A DNA stretch of 53,856 bases, filler included, from Streblomastix strix (lineage: Eukaryota), in assembly GCA_008636045.1 (NCBI GenBank). It is 3 parts of 3 records of this genome, joined end to end, with 100 filler letters (N's around TTAATTAATTAA, not from the genome) between each part and the next. Parts side by side here need not be neighbours in the genome. Positions count along the whole stretch, not along the records: positions 1 to 17,899 come from SNRW01000661.1; positions 18,000 to 35,892 come from SNRW01000662.1; 1 more part is not named here. One strand, given 5' to 3'. Positions within the stretch are counted from its first letter, which is position 1. Each line of letters opens with the position of its first letter. Below the pieces are notes generated by a model. That model was not told the DNA's origin, did no database searches, and saw only the letters and a program-made list of their open reading frames with translations. The position numbers and the translations under genes were made by a program. Below are positions 11,390 through 24,375 of this stretch, one piece after another.

Positions 11390-14266
11390 TCATTTCTTCT
11401 TATCTTTATCTTTATCCTTATCTTTCTTTTTGTCCTTATCTTTATCCTTTTCCTTATCTTTGTCCTTATCTTTGTCCTTATCCTTATGTTTATGCTTTTC
11501 TTTATCTTTATCTTTATCCTTGTCTTTTTCTTTATCCTTTTCCTTATCTTTATCTTTATCTTTATCCTTATGATGATGCTTATCTTTCTTATCCTTATCT
11601 TTATCTTTATCTTTGTCCTTATCCTTATCTTTTTTATCTTTATCTTTATCCTTCTTTTCCTTATCTTTATCTTTATCTTTATCTTTCTTATCCTTATCCT
11701 TTTCTTTTTCTTTCTTCAATTCATCTTTTTCCTTATCAAGCAACTTATCAAATGATTTATCCTTATCTATTTTCTCCTATTCCTTGTCTTTGTCAAATTT
11801 GTGGTGTTTCCTGTCTTTTTCCTTCTTCTTCTCGATCTGCAGTCTTATATCACCAATGGCCATTGTCATGGGTCCATCTCTACCATCAAAAGATAACCTC
11901 GAAGGATCTCTGTAATTCCGCTCTGAGAAATCAGCTGTCTGGTTGAAGGTGTTCGTCCGGTTGTCTCTTCTGGATAGTTCAAGTTCAATGAATAATTTCT
12001 TATTCTCTTCTTCTAATTATTGGATCTGTTTCTTTAGAGATGCGATATCTGCATCGGATTCAGGGGTCTGGTTGTCTTTTGCTGCTGCAACTTGCTTCGC
12101 TAGTTCAGTTTTGAGAGCTTCAATCTTCGCATTGGCTTCTGCAAGTTCTTTTTATGCTCTTTCTTTCTCTGATTTGTGGTTTGTCGCTTCCTTTTCGAGA
12201 TCTTAGTTTATCTGCATCAACTTGGCTATATCTTCATTAGCTTATTATACCTTAGAGATATGATCCTATGTCTTTTCTCTCAACTTCTCGTCCAGCTTCT
12301 TCTAAAAATCAGCATCCTTCTCCTGAAGAAGTTTCTCCTTTATTTGTACATCACTCTGCATCTTAGCTAGTTTCTCAGACATAAGAGCTCTTTGATGCTC
12401 CTCTACTTCTCTCAATTGAAGTCCATATTCTGCTTCCAATTCCCTTCTCTATTATGCGAGTCTTCTTTCAGTATCAGCTCTATGCTCTTACTCCATCTGC
12501 ACAATCTGTTATTCTGTTTCTGATTGTCTTCTTCCACGAGCTGAGTTTGGATTGGATGTATTGGATAACATACTTTGTTGGTGTTCTGAACTCTATGAAT
12601 TATAAGGATTAACTTTCTTCCTTTAGTTATCAGCCTGTAACTGATCAATCTCAAGTGTCTCAGGCATAAAGGATCCACCTAACATAGAACCATCCATGTG
12701 ATGTATCTCTGAAGGTGCGAATATCCTCTGCTACTGCTGTTGTATATTCAGAGGTTTGATCTATCTCGATCCTTATTTAGAATCTGGGTTACTCTATTGA
12801 GTGTCACGATCCCAATTCTTCTCTTTGGATGGTTTCTGTGTCTCAGATGATTGTGGAATCTTCCCTGTTTTGCTTCTTAATTGGTCTCTTTCTTTGATTA
12901 TATTGGATGGCTGTTATATAAGTGTATCAAGATGTGCTTTCTCAGCATTGGCAATTTTGAGTGTAAAATGAAGCTCATCATCTAATGCTTAATCTCTTCC
13001 AGATTTATCTCCAGATTCGCTTCTCTCTTTTCTTCTTTATTCTGAGTTCTTCTGACTGATGAAATCTTACAGTTGATATTATTTCTCTTTTATCTTAGAT
13101 ATTGTATCATTTAAGTTACTATCAGTTGCATCTACAATTATACCTTGAACTTCAGTCTAGAATTCAGTGAAGAATACTTTAGATGTAACTCTTTCACTTG
13201 CAGCTGCATTGGCTCTTTCTGCAGCAGCACGAAGATCATCATCAAGCTCAATCTTAACCCGGATATCAAATTCTGCAGGTTGGCTCAGTTATTTACTTGT
13301 AGATGGAGTTATAACAGTTATTGTGCCAAGTTTCTGATCATAACTTGTGGGCCTTCTTGCACATCTCGCTTTCATGAATAGAAGGATCTCCTATGGTTTA
13401 ATAGATAGATCTTCATCCATGAGTATGTCTATCTTGTACTTGCCTTGTGTCTTAGAGATTGATGCTTGTCTTCCGATGATATCAACTGCTTATACACACA
13501 ATTATGTTACAATTGATACAACTGTTCTACCAGCTGCTAATAGCTTCAACCAAAGTAATGCATCACAAAGAAGTGTATTGGCTTCTGTAAGGTCTTTTAC
13601 TCTGTAGAATTGTCCTCCACCTTCTGATGCAGCTGATTTGAGCAACTTTTCGCTTATCTCAGAATTGGCTGTTATGCTCTAACTTGAAGTACCTTATCCA
13701 CTAGAAGCGGAAACGGTTGATACAATTCCACCTCTTTCATTGACATCCTTAACAATACTGATGATATCATCTTCTGATTCATCAATTGAGGAGCCAAAGC
13801 CAATTAAGTAGACTTGGACTTGACCTGTGAATTGTGGGAATCTGTTTTTGAACTTGTAACATTCATTGGAGGCTAGTTTTAATCCTTATAAAATACTTGT
13901 ATCTCTGTCTGGCCTTAGTTGTGAGAGTTGGTCATTAATTCTGTCTTTATTAGATATGGAGTCTATTTCTTTGGTGATGGGTGAGATGTTAGAGGATGAA
14001 ACATAGCCGAAATAATCTACGCCTGTTTCTAACATGCTCAAAAGGACTGAAACTGTGCTTTTTGTGCTGTCCAAGTTGTTGTCTTCCGAAAATTCGGTGT
14101 TCAATACAACAAGAAGGGCTATTTAGCCTGATGTACCAGCTTTCTTATCGCCTCTCTCTTTCTCTTGCTTCCCAGTCACGGAAATCCGCGTATGGACGTT
14201 GAAGTCGTTATTGCCTGGGAACGCAGCTTGGCTAAATTCGATTTTGCAATCGACAGTATTAACCAT
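11390..14266 (-). CDS. vWA-like domain + coiled-coil protein with a Lys/Asp-repeat C-terminus (958 aa, intronless)
   Basis: Continuous TAR=Gln frame. vWA-like elements IALLVVLN...TSILQGLKLA...VYLIGFG...LKSAASEGGGQFYRV (MIDAS degenerate). Ends (KD)n KKK TGA TGA. Confidence 0.8.
11393..11830 (-). repeat. Coding (GAT/GAC-AAR)n repeat encoding a KDKDKD tract
   Basis: Repeated ttatct/ttatcc/ttgtcc hexamers on the + strand. Confidence 0.9.
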
Positions 14267-14746
14267 CGTCTATAATAATAAAATTGTAAAATAATAATAT
14301 ATTAATGTCAATATTTTTAACATAGAGTAAGAAAAATGAGTTTTAAAACAAAAAATAAAAAATAAGTTAATTTCATTAGTTTTTTGCATAAAAAATTAGT
14401 ATATGTGGTTACAAAGATGATTGTAATTTCAATTTAATTTAATTGACCCTAATATGTTTAATACAACAATTGTATTTAAGGCAGAAATTTGCTTATAAAT
14501 TTATACAATGTTATTAATGATCATATGAAGATAATAAATATAAGATGCAATTGAAATATCTCATAAACATCTTCTGTTTGTTGAATCGCATAACGGGCGT
14601 CGAGAAAAACTGGTTTCCAAAATGGGAAAATATTTAGACTTTTGGCTTTTTAACTACATGAGTTTTCAAATTAAACTACATAAAATGTATTGGAAGTAAA
14701 TCATACATCTAAATAATGACAAATATTATTATAAATTTACAATGGG

Positions 14747-16664
14747 TCAGACTTCGAACACAATATGATCTTCTTCCTTACTCTTGCCTTCGATTGACTT
14801 ACCTGTTTTCAAGCTGCCGAAACTTGAAATGATAGCCTCTTCTCTTGTAGGTTGTGTAAAATTGTCCATCGTTACTCCAACGCCAATTCCTCTGAAATAA
14901 ATGATTAAATAAAACAAAAAATAATTAATTAATTAACTATTTAATTTCCACTTATAAAACACACTACTATCTAAATTTCGAATTCTATCTCGTAGGTGGG
15001 TTCTCCGCGCGTATCGTAGACAGTATAGCAGGGTTATCATACACAGGATTCTCACCTTGTTTCTCCTTTTCAACTTTTCTCTTCTTCACAGCTTCATTAT
15101 TCTACAATCTACGATCTATTTATATATTTGAATATGTCCTCATAGATATTGGTAATATAGGTGATGTCAGAGGGAAGTTGCTATATATGGCTAATTTAGC
15201 AGGTTGTTTCATCTGATACTGACTATTCTGTCTGGATGTGGAAGTCTAATTCATCTAAGGGGATCTTGATCTATTGGTTTGTGTTAGATTCATTATACTC
15301 ATTGTATGCTTAGCAGATGGTGATAAACTACCTCTTTGACTTGTATGTGTATTATATGTACGTGATGTGCTCACTGCTGCATCTAATTTAGGGAGATGAA
15401 ATCCTGTTTGTTATCCTTATTATATATAATCTCTTTCTTGATCATTAATTGAGTCAGTTATTTATGCAATTCTGCTCATCTCATTTTCTTATTATCTCCT
15501 GTGTTTCCTTATAAAGTCATCCACATACTTGGCATCTTTAGCTAGAATCTGTTATGGTGCTTCTTCTATTGATGGATAAAGTGGATCTTTCTTATGATCT
15601 ACATTAGTATACTTGATGTATGTTATAGCAGGTGGTGATTAAGATGAATATGAATTACTAATTGGTATTTGTGTGTTTGTTCCGCTCTATCCTGTTCTTT
15701 GTGTTGAATTCTTCTGTGTGTTGTGTTATTTGGTGTTATTGTTTGAATCAGTGCTTGAATCTCCTGATCTCTGAGAAGGTGGACCTGATTTACTTAAGTT
15801 TCCAGTATTGAAGATATTTTGGAGGGAGTCGCCTGATGTTGAGAAGAGGTTGAGCGGTTTGAGCATAGACTTCGAGTTCGCTCTGGATAAAAGCAGTTGA
15901 GGTGTGAAGGGAGATTTCTCTGTGGAAAATACGTAAAAAAAATATAAAATTGAATAAAATAAAATATATCATGTTGTGTGTAAAAAAAATGAATTTATTA
16001 GGGTATATAATTTTTCATACCAGTTCTAATTCCATGTGGCACACTCTCTATGAATGTTTCATAAAGTCCACGACGTTCTTTTTGAATAAGAGGAGCTAGA
16101 ATTTCGACTTTTTCGTTAACCTCATAATTTATTGGTTGATATACGCTTTCATCCCACTCATTAAATACGGACTGACACTTGTTGTTGTGATTAAGATCAA
16201 CGCCTCCTATTGTGCTATAAATTGAAGGCAAAATCTCGTGCTTTTCGTTCATCATGTTGCGGTAAAATGTTTAAAAACGTGATTCGTTCTCCTCTTTTTG
16301 TAATGCCATCCTCTCCTATACAAGCAAAAAAAAAATAACAAAATAAGTACATATAATAAAATCATACTCTTATCTACATCGCGTATCGACGTCGTTCAAT
16401 ATCAAGGAGTTTTTCGCGTTCTTCTTCAAGCTTTTTTCGTAAATTGTCTGCATTTGTCAATCGCTTCTTTTTCTTTGTTGTACTTTTAGGACCCTTAGTT
16501 CAACAAAAAAATATTAAAAATTAAAAAAATTGAGCGATGAAAGAGGAATATTTGAGCAAATAAATAAAAAATAGTTAGAAGTGCAAAATAGAGCATACAT
16601 CATATTCAACGATACCATCAACTACTTCGTCAATAAACGCTTTTTCGTTGAGAATAGTTATCAT
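14747..16664 (-). CDS. Hypothetical protein, 5 exons, N-terminal coiled coil; possibly FAM228-like
   Basis: Spliced TAR=Gln frame MITILNEKAF...KKLEEEREKLL...CQSVFNEWDESVYQPINYEV...DHIVFEV then TGA. The W..xVYxPI motif resembles FAM228 from memory, unverified. Confidence 0.6.
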
Positions 16665-17254
16665 GTAAAAATTATGAAGTGAAAAAAAACTGGCGGTTAA
16701 GTCTGAATATCTATCAAAATAATTCTTGATTGGAATGACAAATTTTATTAATGATAAATTTAATATAAAGAAACTTAAAATATTAAATATTTTATATTTC
16801 AAGCAAATTGCAAACCATTAGCGATCAAAAATCAAATATTATTTCAAAAGTCTTTTTTCACAGCTATTAGTTAACAAAATTAATTTTTAATTTCAATAAT
16901 TTTAAATTTTTTATTATTTTAGTTATAATATAATCAATTTCTTACTTAATTTTTATTGAATCAATATAAATATTTTATAATTAATACTGAAAATTACTTT
17001 TTTATATATTTTATGACATTTTTAGATTGTAAGAGTAAATATTAAAGCAATATGCAATGATGATATGATGATAATACCAAATTGTAAATGATTTACAAAT
17101 GAAATTTATCAGTTTGAAAAGCTTTAAACACAAATCAAACCATATTCACATTAGATAAAGAAATAAAGAAATTTATTTTAAATAAATTCGAGATTAATAT
17201 AGTAATCTTACATAAATAAAAGATGTTTATAATAAACAAAGATGAATTGAATAT

Positions 17255-17419
17255 GGGTGTGTCCATTCAGTAGGATCATAGTAGTATAGTATGAAGAAGT
17301 TAGGGACATGTTCAAAATCATGGATTTTCAAATCAATCTACCCGCGCTAAACGCTCAGTTGTAGCTTTTGATTTTGAAAATACGTGATTCTGAACTGTCC
17401 CTATCAAATCTTCATACTA
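17255..17419. mobile_element. Probable transposon end: 24-bp terminal motif shared with 31250-31273, followed by an imperfect hairpin (arms 17287-17341 and 17361-17419)
   Basis: gggtgtgtccattcagtaggatca vs gggagtgtccattcagtaggatca (23/24 identical); tagtatgaag...tagggaca...ttttcaaatcaa pairs with ttgattttgaaaa...tgtcccta...cttcatacta. Confidence 0.6.
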
Positions 17420-17444
17420 AATATCAATTAGACATATCAGAACG

Positions 17445-17614
17445 CATTAATCCACAACACTAATACAAATCATTAATAAATATCATTAATATGAACAATT
17501 TAAAACAATTTGCACTCATTAATCCACCGCACTAATGAGTAAGAGTTCATTTGTTCATTAATCCACAACACTAATGTGTATCATTGGTAAATATCACTAA
17601 TCCATAGCGCTAAT
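17445..17614. repeat. Degenerate tandem repeat, 20-bp core CATTAATCCACAACACTAAT x4
   Basis: Copies start at 17445, 17517, 17556 and 17595 (spacing 72, 39, 39). Confidence 0.8.
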
Positions 17615-17899
17615 CCATATAATTACTCTTAGTGTGCGGCTGCGGAGGATTATTCATATTCGTGTGCGATTACAGCAAATGGTAGTAGTAAATCTGGACA
17701 AGTAATTATATAGTTAATCCTTATGATTTTCTAGTGTTTCTAATATATTAATAAAAATAAATTAATGAGGGGTAACTCATCCATTAACGTTTAGTAAATT
17801 TGTATTTTTTAAATATGTTTCAATTATATGTATTATGCTACGTACATTATCTAACATAGAATATATATTTTATTACTATTTTTTCTTTTCATCCATATA

Positions 17900-17999
17900 N
17901 NNNNNNNNNNNNNNNNNNNNNNNNNNNNNNNNNNNNNNNNNNNTTAATTAATTAANNNNNNNNNNNNNNNNNNNNNNNNNNNNNNNNNNNNNNNNNNNN
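17900..17999. other. Artificial contig-joining linker N44-TTAATTAATTAA-N44
   Basis: Exactly 100 nt; identical structure at 35893-35992. Confidence 0.97.
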
Positions 18000-20210
18000 A
18001 TAATATTTCTATCAATTTCAATTTTAATTATGATTAATCCGATATTTATAAGAATTAATTCAATTAATCTTGTCCACCAGTCAATAAAGCTTGTTATCGG
18101 ATTGTACAAATAACATTCAGAAGCTCAGAGTGAAAAGATATATATCCTTCATCAATAATTGATATTACAATATTGAAAAACTCATTATTGATTAATTCTT
18201 AAATCTCCATTTGATTTAATTTTAATATTGAATTGTTAAGAATTTTCATTTAAATTATTCTTTCTTTATCTGATTATAATTGAGAAATATCTTTCAGTTG
18301 AATAATAATTGCAGATGGAGTTTAATTCAATTCAGGTGAAGATTAAATTAATAATGTTTCATTTTAATAATTGATATTTTTTATTTTATCTTCATTTAAT
18401 TCAATTTATTCAGAATTTATTATGATATGGAGTGTAGATGTGTTTACAAATTTGAATTTGTAAATGTATTGATTATTATTTAATTCTTTCTTTTTGAAGA
18501 ATAAGTGTATGTTTTCAATATTTATTCTTTATTTTTCAGCTATCTTCTATTTCAGACTATTGATTGTTTCAGTTTGTTCAGTATTTAATTTAATAATCTT
18601 TTCAAATTGAGATTTAATGAAAATTTATATTTCTTCTTTCAAAACAAGATCAATAATTGAAGACATTGGAATTTTGTAGTATTTGAGTGTTTGAGAATCT
18701 TCAAGCAATTTGTTTTAATAGAATAATTGAAATTGAGAAGTTTATAAATGTTCTTATGCTTCAATTTTCTCTTTTATTTTCTTGATTGTTTCATCTTTTT
18801 CGAAATTCAAACTAATAGATTTGGAAATTGTTACTAAATTCATTTTGATAATTATTTTGATTGAAAAAGTCAATTTCAATGTTTCTTTAAATTGAATATT
18901 ATAATCTCTTAATGTTTTGTTATTTTCCAATTCTAATTCACCAAATTTCAACTTTTGGTGGTTATGAAATATTTTCTCTTCATTTTATATTTATAATTTC
19001 ACTCTTTCAATTGTTTCTGTTAATTAAACATCCAAACATATTATTTTTCCATCTTCTTTTTGGATATATATTTATGAATGAGGCGCTTCAATCATCTAAA
19101 TTTTGTTTCGAGATATGATTTGATTATCAATATAATCTTGTTATTTCTAATTTATTTATCCATTATTGAATTATATCAATTCAATTGTTTCATAGTTAAG
19201 AATATTCAGTTATTAAAGTGTTAATTTATCATTCAAAAATCTTCCTTCATATGATAAATGTTATTAGTCGATTGAAATTGATTACTAATTCCGAATCTTC
19301 TGCTTCACTTGTTTAATTGTGCCAGATTAATCAATCTTAATTAAGAAAGATTTTTTTCCTTTCATTGCAATGAATATTTCTCTTGGGTTTATATCTTATT
19401 ATTCAATTTAATACGGATAATTTAAAGCCTATAGCAATGTTTCCTTCATCTGAATATTATAATCATTCAATGTTTTATCATTCTGCAATTCTTATCCTTT
19501 ATAAATCAATATCTATTATTGAACATTAATATCTTCTTTATATTCAATCAACCATTTCACACTTTCAACGGTTTAGGTCAAATCAATATCCAATAAGATT
19601 AATTTTCTATTTGGAATTATATCCACTATAATCTAATTATCATTTATAAATAGGGGAGTAATAATAAGTTGCAATGCATCAATTGTTCTAATATTATAAT
19701 TATTCAATGTTTTATGATTATCTAATTCTTCACCAAAATATATTAGCCTTTGCTATTCAAATGGAATATTCTCTTATTAATAAATCTATTTCTTTAAGTT
19801 TTCAACAGTTATTGAAAGATCATCAATTGCAAAAATCTTCTTCTTCTGAATTATATCCACAATTGTCTTTTCTGGAATTGGGCTACTACCGCGCAATTTA
19901 AGTACTAAATGAAGCGTAGCTTAATCTTGAATATTATAATCCATCAAAACTTTATCATCTTGGAGTTCTTTACCAGCAAATACGACTCTTTAAGCTTCAA
20001 CTGGAATACCTACTTTCTCTTAGATTTACTATTTTATATTCAAAATTGTATGAAAATATTCGCAATAATTTAGATATATTTTTTTTCCATTAAATCTCTT
20101 AATATAAATAAGCATAACTTCGGTTTGGAAGATCTAAATAAGATTTATAATAATAGTATAAGTTAAATATAAAATAGTGAGAATACTAAATAGTTTTTAA
20201 TATTTTCCAT
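18000..20210 (-). CDS. Protein with seven tandem divergent ubiquitin-like domains and a helical C-terminal region (3' end truncated by contig end)
   Basis: Domain 1: [47 protein letters not shown]. Six further repeats with T(V/I)xxxKxxI...QxLxYxGxxLxxxKTLxxYNI. One 5' intron. Confidence 0.9.
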
Positions 20211-21019
20211 TGTAGTTTGTAAAAATTATGATTAAAATAATTAAAAAAATAGAATTTATTCTAAGAAACATAAGTAAAGTTATAAAATTGAAGATATTTA
20301 TTCTAAAATAGAAACGTAACTGATTAAATTTGAATTTTATTAAAAATAAATCATTATATTGTGTTGACAACTATAAATTAATAGATTACAATAAAATTTG
20401 AATGAATTTTAATATTTAGTCAAGTGCAATTATCAATATTTGAAATTAGTTAAGAAAAATTATTAATGCATAAAATTCATTGCATTATGTATATTTGTTG
20501 CAAGTTTAAATGCCAATATAATAATAGACGATAAAATTTTGATAAAATAAACAATTATTATTAAAAATTACGATAGAATTCACTCAAACTTTATTTTTAT
20601 TTTAATATGAGTTTGAGGATAAATATATTTTGCATTGATTGCTATATTTCAGTTTATATAATAATTTTTACTTTAATAATTATACATACAAGCAGTAATA
20701 TTCTCTGGTAGGACGTGAAACCGACCTATAATTTTAATGGAAAATACTTGTTCGCATTTGGCTAAGAATTATTTCAATTATTTTAATACTTAAATTCTTG
20801 AAGATAAAGTTTTAGAGTTTTAAAAAATAAAATAATTCTTTTGAAATATTTGTGAGATTGTCTTGATTGAGATTGAAAAAAAATGAATGATTATTTTGGA
20901 GTTTAATTATGATTTCTATCATTCGAAATAAATTGTTAATTTATTTATTCTTTAATGCAAATACTTATTTAAGCTCAATCTAAAGAACAAACACACATAA
21001 TAAGTTGTAATCTTTGTAA

Positions 21020-21595
21020 ATCAAAGCGTGCAATAACTTATAATAAGACATAAAAGGCAAAACTTCTGATCTGATAATCATTTCCATTGCATAGCACATT
21101 TATTTCTAAGTGATTATAGATGGCAGAATTTTACTTCTTTCGTTATTTGATGCTTCTTTCGCCTTATTTGTTGCATTTCTACCGTGAATGGCTCCTTCAA
21201 GTGCTTCAAGCTTTTCAATTTTAACAATTGATAAGTTGTTCAGCTTTTCAAGTTCATCTCTCAATTAAGTATTCTTCATTCAAGCAGTTTCTAACTGAGT
21301 AATACACTGAGCTACTTTACCCAGTACTGAAATAACTGCAGGAATGACCTCCCTTTTAACCATGTGAACAAGTGTAACCGATTCGGTGGATATCGTTTTA
21401 GCATAACTTCCGAATTTAACTTCATATTTTGATTGACATTTAGTTTTAGTCATTATATTTAAATTCTCAAATAATTGGACATTTTTATCTGCTATAATTG
21501 CCTCCAATTCATCAATTATGTTCGTAATGTTGAGGATTCCACGCGATTTAGCTTCCTGATGCCATTCTTTGCTGTAATTGTTCCAATTAAATAAT
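21020..21595 (-). pseudogene. Glutamine synthetase type III C-terminal fragment
   Basis: FNWNNYSKEWHQEAKSRGILN...KNVQLFENLNIM...YAKTISTESVTLVHMVKREVIPA matches the GSIII C-terminus (FNGNxYSxEWxxEAxxRG). No catalytic N-terminal part; TGA at 21280-21282. Confidence 0.8.
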
Positions 21596-22534
21596 AAAAA
21601 GTAAAATTATATTTATTTTATTAATTGAATTAATTATAATAGACATTTCCCCTTAAAACTGATAAGCAAAAATTCAATGGAATGTTACTATATGGTATGG
21701 GCTAAATAAAATCACGGTCAAATAGACTTACTTCCACAACGGGAGAACTGTAGTGAATTGATAAATTTCCAGGAAGCATTGGTTACATGTGATGTTCAAC
21801 TAAATTTTAATTGTCATTATACTGATTACATTTAATATCTGGATTCATCAATTAATGATCATTATCGAAATATCTTTCTAAATTGAATAATCCATCCATG
21901 GTATTTTGTCTATAAAGCACGAATTATGAATTTGATTGTTTTTTTTTAACATGGCATGATGTGCATTCAAATTATGAGAATTTTGGAGAATAAAAAGATT
22001 TTCCGAGTGAAGGACATAATAATAATAAATTATTTGTAAGAGATTCAAATAAAACCCATGCATCATCTTATCATGGAATTAGAACAGGGCAAATACTTCG
22101 GATTGTTTTAATCTTTATTTAATCAATGTTAATATCTTATCCATTATATGCTAAATTCATTAAACACTGAGGAAGAATATTTTATATGGTAATTGGATTA
22201 TTAATTAGTGGGAAAAGATTAGGATGTTACAAAATTGCAGATGCTACGATTTATAAATTTGAATTTATGAAGCAAGTCACTCCAAAACTTCGAATGCCAT
22301 AGCGAGGCAGTGGTTCAAGAAAAGAAATTTGAGGAGGAACTGGTATTGCGTTATTTGGAATTTCAATAAAATTTATTAAATCTTACTAAATAATATTCAT
22401 ATCTTAAACTAATATTGCTTATTTTTCAATATTTTAAGTATCTTTATCAATATTTTGACCTGAAATAGAACCAAATTAATTATTCAATTTTGATTCTTAA
22501 GTTTCTTCAAATTATATTTAATTTATTAATTCAG

Positions 22535-23400
22535 GATGACCGAAGCCAGTGATATTTGGGCGTTGGGTGTAATAGTTGTAGAAATGATTACTAGTGTTTA
22601 TCCATATATTGGTCGAACATTAGTAGAAACAGTTCAAAATATCAAAACTGGGAGGTTTAAACCAATTCCTGATTATGTTTAAAGCGAGTTGAAGGCAATG
22701 ATTATTAATATGATAAATCCAGTTTACTCATTCATATAAATTAATTATTTCAATATTTAATATTTTTTAATTTATTGAGTAAATATTTAATATTTTTTTA
22801 AATATTTAATTTTATGAATTTTTGAAAATACTTTAAATTTCAGGATTCATTAAAATGTCCAACCGCTGAAGAGCTCCTTGACTCAAACATGATATCACTC
22901 GTAGCAAAGATTGAAGCCAAAAAAAAAAGAAAGAGAAAAAATGAAATTGATTTAATAATTAAAACAGGATTAACTTTTAGACACAACTTTTTAGAAAATC
23001 CAAGAAGACCTGAACCACTTGATGGAACAGAAGAATAGAAGTAAGAAATAATTAAGAATCAAGAAAATAGTTGTTAACTTATAACATTGAATTTGGAAGG
23101 AAATGTTGATGCTTATATTCGGAAGATAATTATTAAATCTGGTGTAATAGATACCGATAGTATATCAACAAATAATGAAGAGTTTATGACAGAATAAAAG
23201 CAGAAAGACTTTGAAATGAAACATCTAGATTTTTAAAAAGAAATAGAACTTGTTCTGATGAAGAAAGAAGAAAGAGATAAAAAAGCAAAAGATAAGACTC
23301 TTAAAATATAATAAGAATAGAAAAGCAAAGAAGCAGAAAAAATGAATTGAGAATAAGATTTTAAAAATGAAAAAAAAATTTAGAATAAACAAATGAAGAA
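22535..23400 (+). pseudogene. NEK-like Ser/Thr kinase C-lobe fragment followed by a helical domain
   Basis: RMTEASDIWALGVIVVEMITSVYPYIG...(intron)DSLKCPTAEELL: subdomains IX-XI, conserved Arg replaced by Cys. No recognisable N-lobe, HRD or DFG upstream. Confidence 0.65.
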
Positions 23401-23682
23401 TGAAAAATGATGAATAATACTGGATTGTGTTTGGATTAACATTTTGTTTCGTTTTATTATTTTTGTTCATTTCTTTCAAATATTCAACTTCATTATCAAT
23501 AGTTCAAATTAATCCGCATTAACTGTAAAAAGATATTAAAAAAGTCATAAAAATAATTTGAATTATAAAAAATGCAACAATAAGGCTCAAATCCAATTTT
23601 TATTATTTTAAAGAGATTGATTTGAGTAAAAGAAAAAGTGAATGCTTGAAAAGTAAATCAAAAGCAGAATGTGCTAAACTGA

Positions 23683-24375
23683 TCACAATTGGCGCTTATG
23701 AATGAAGTGGTTTAATATTGATCTTTTAGCCCATTTTGCATTACCTTTGATGTTGTAATTTTGGTTTCCTTTATTAATCAATAATGTCTCTATTTCTTCA
23801 CTTCCACCTTCTTCCTCTATTTATTCTTAAGATCTTTTTGCAAGTATTGGTTAACGTGGGAAGGATGATTCCCGATTATTTCTCCCTTCATAAAGACAAC
23901 AGAAGAACCAGGAGATTCTATTCAATCCATTCCAGATCTACTCATCTTATTCTTCACCTTACCCACTTGCTATACTAAATGCAATAACCTATATTCCTGC
24001 ATATCTGATATTTACAAGTTCCATTTGGTCTTATTCATCACCCCATGCATAAATATTCCAAAGACATAATCTACTGCAATGTATAACTGCTTATTTTTAT
24101 TAATAAAACTATTAGTTGAAATCATTATTGAGTTTGTAGCTTGTAAGCATGGAAAGTGAATGAAGAAACTTTGGGATATTTATAATTTATTTAGGTGTAC
24201 TGTTATTCTGGATTTGACTTATAACAGATTGAACAGAGGAAGTAATTTCAGTAAATGAAGAAGTTGATTCTGGTTCTGATTATTCATATTATTTTCCTTC
24301 TTTGATTAATGTATTTGAATTTACAAAGGAAATAATCGCTGCTGTTGCTATTTAGATCTCTTATTCTGATAACAT
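23683..24375 (-). CDS. Member of an expanded lineage-specific helical protein family (230 aa)
   Basis: Open TAR=Gln frame MLSEQEIQIATAAIISF...AFSIASGQGEEQDEQI...SFPRQPILAKRSQEQIEEEGGSEEIE. The same domain ends the gene at 26206-28377. Confidence 0.8.

Noticed and set aside
17445..17614. Repeat-spacer pattern resembling a CRISPR array
   Set aside because: Eukaryotic context, no cas genes, irregular spacing, and spacers resemble each other; it is a degenerate tandem repeat.
21280..21282. TGA codons in the GSIII fragment and in transposase remnants as support for UGA recoding
   Set aside because: These sequences are truncated or frameshifted, so the stops are explained by decay.
21640..22330. 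Coding-like segment between the GSIII and kinase fragments
   Set aside because: No consistent frame or recognisable motif.
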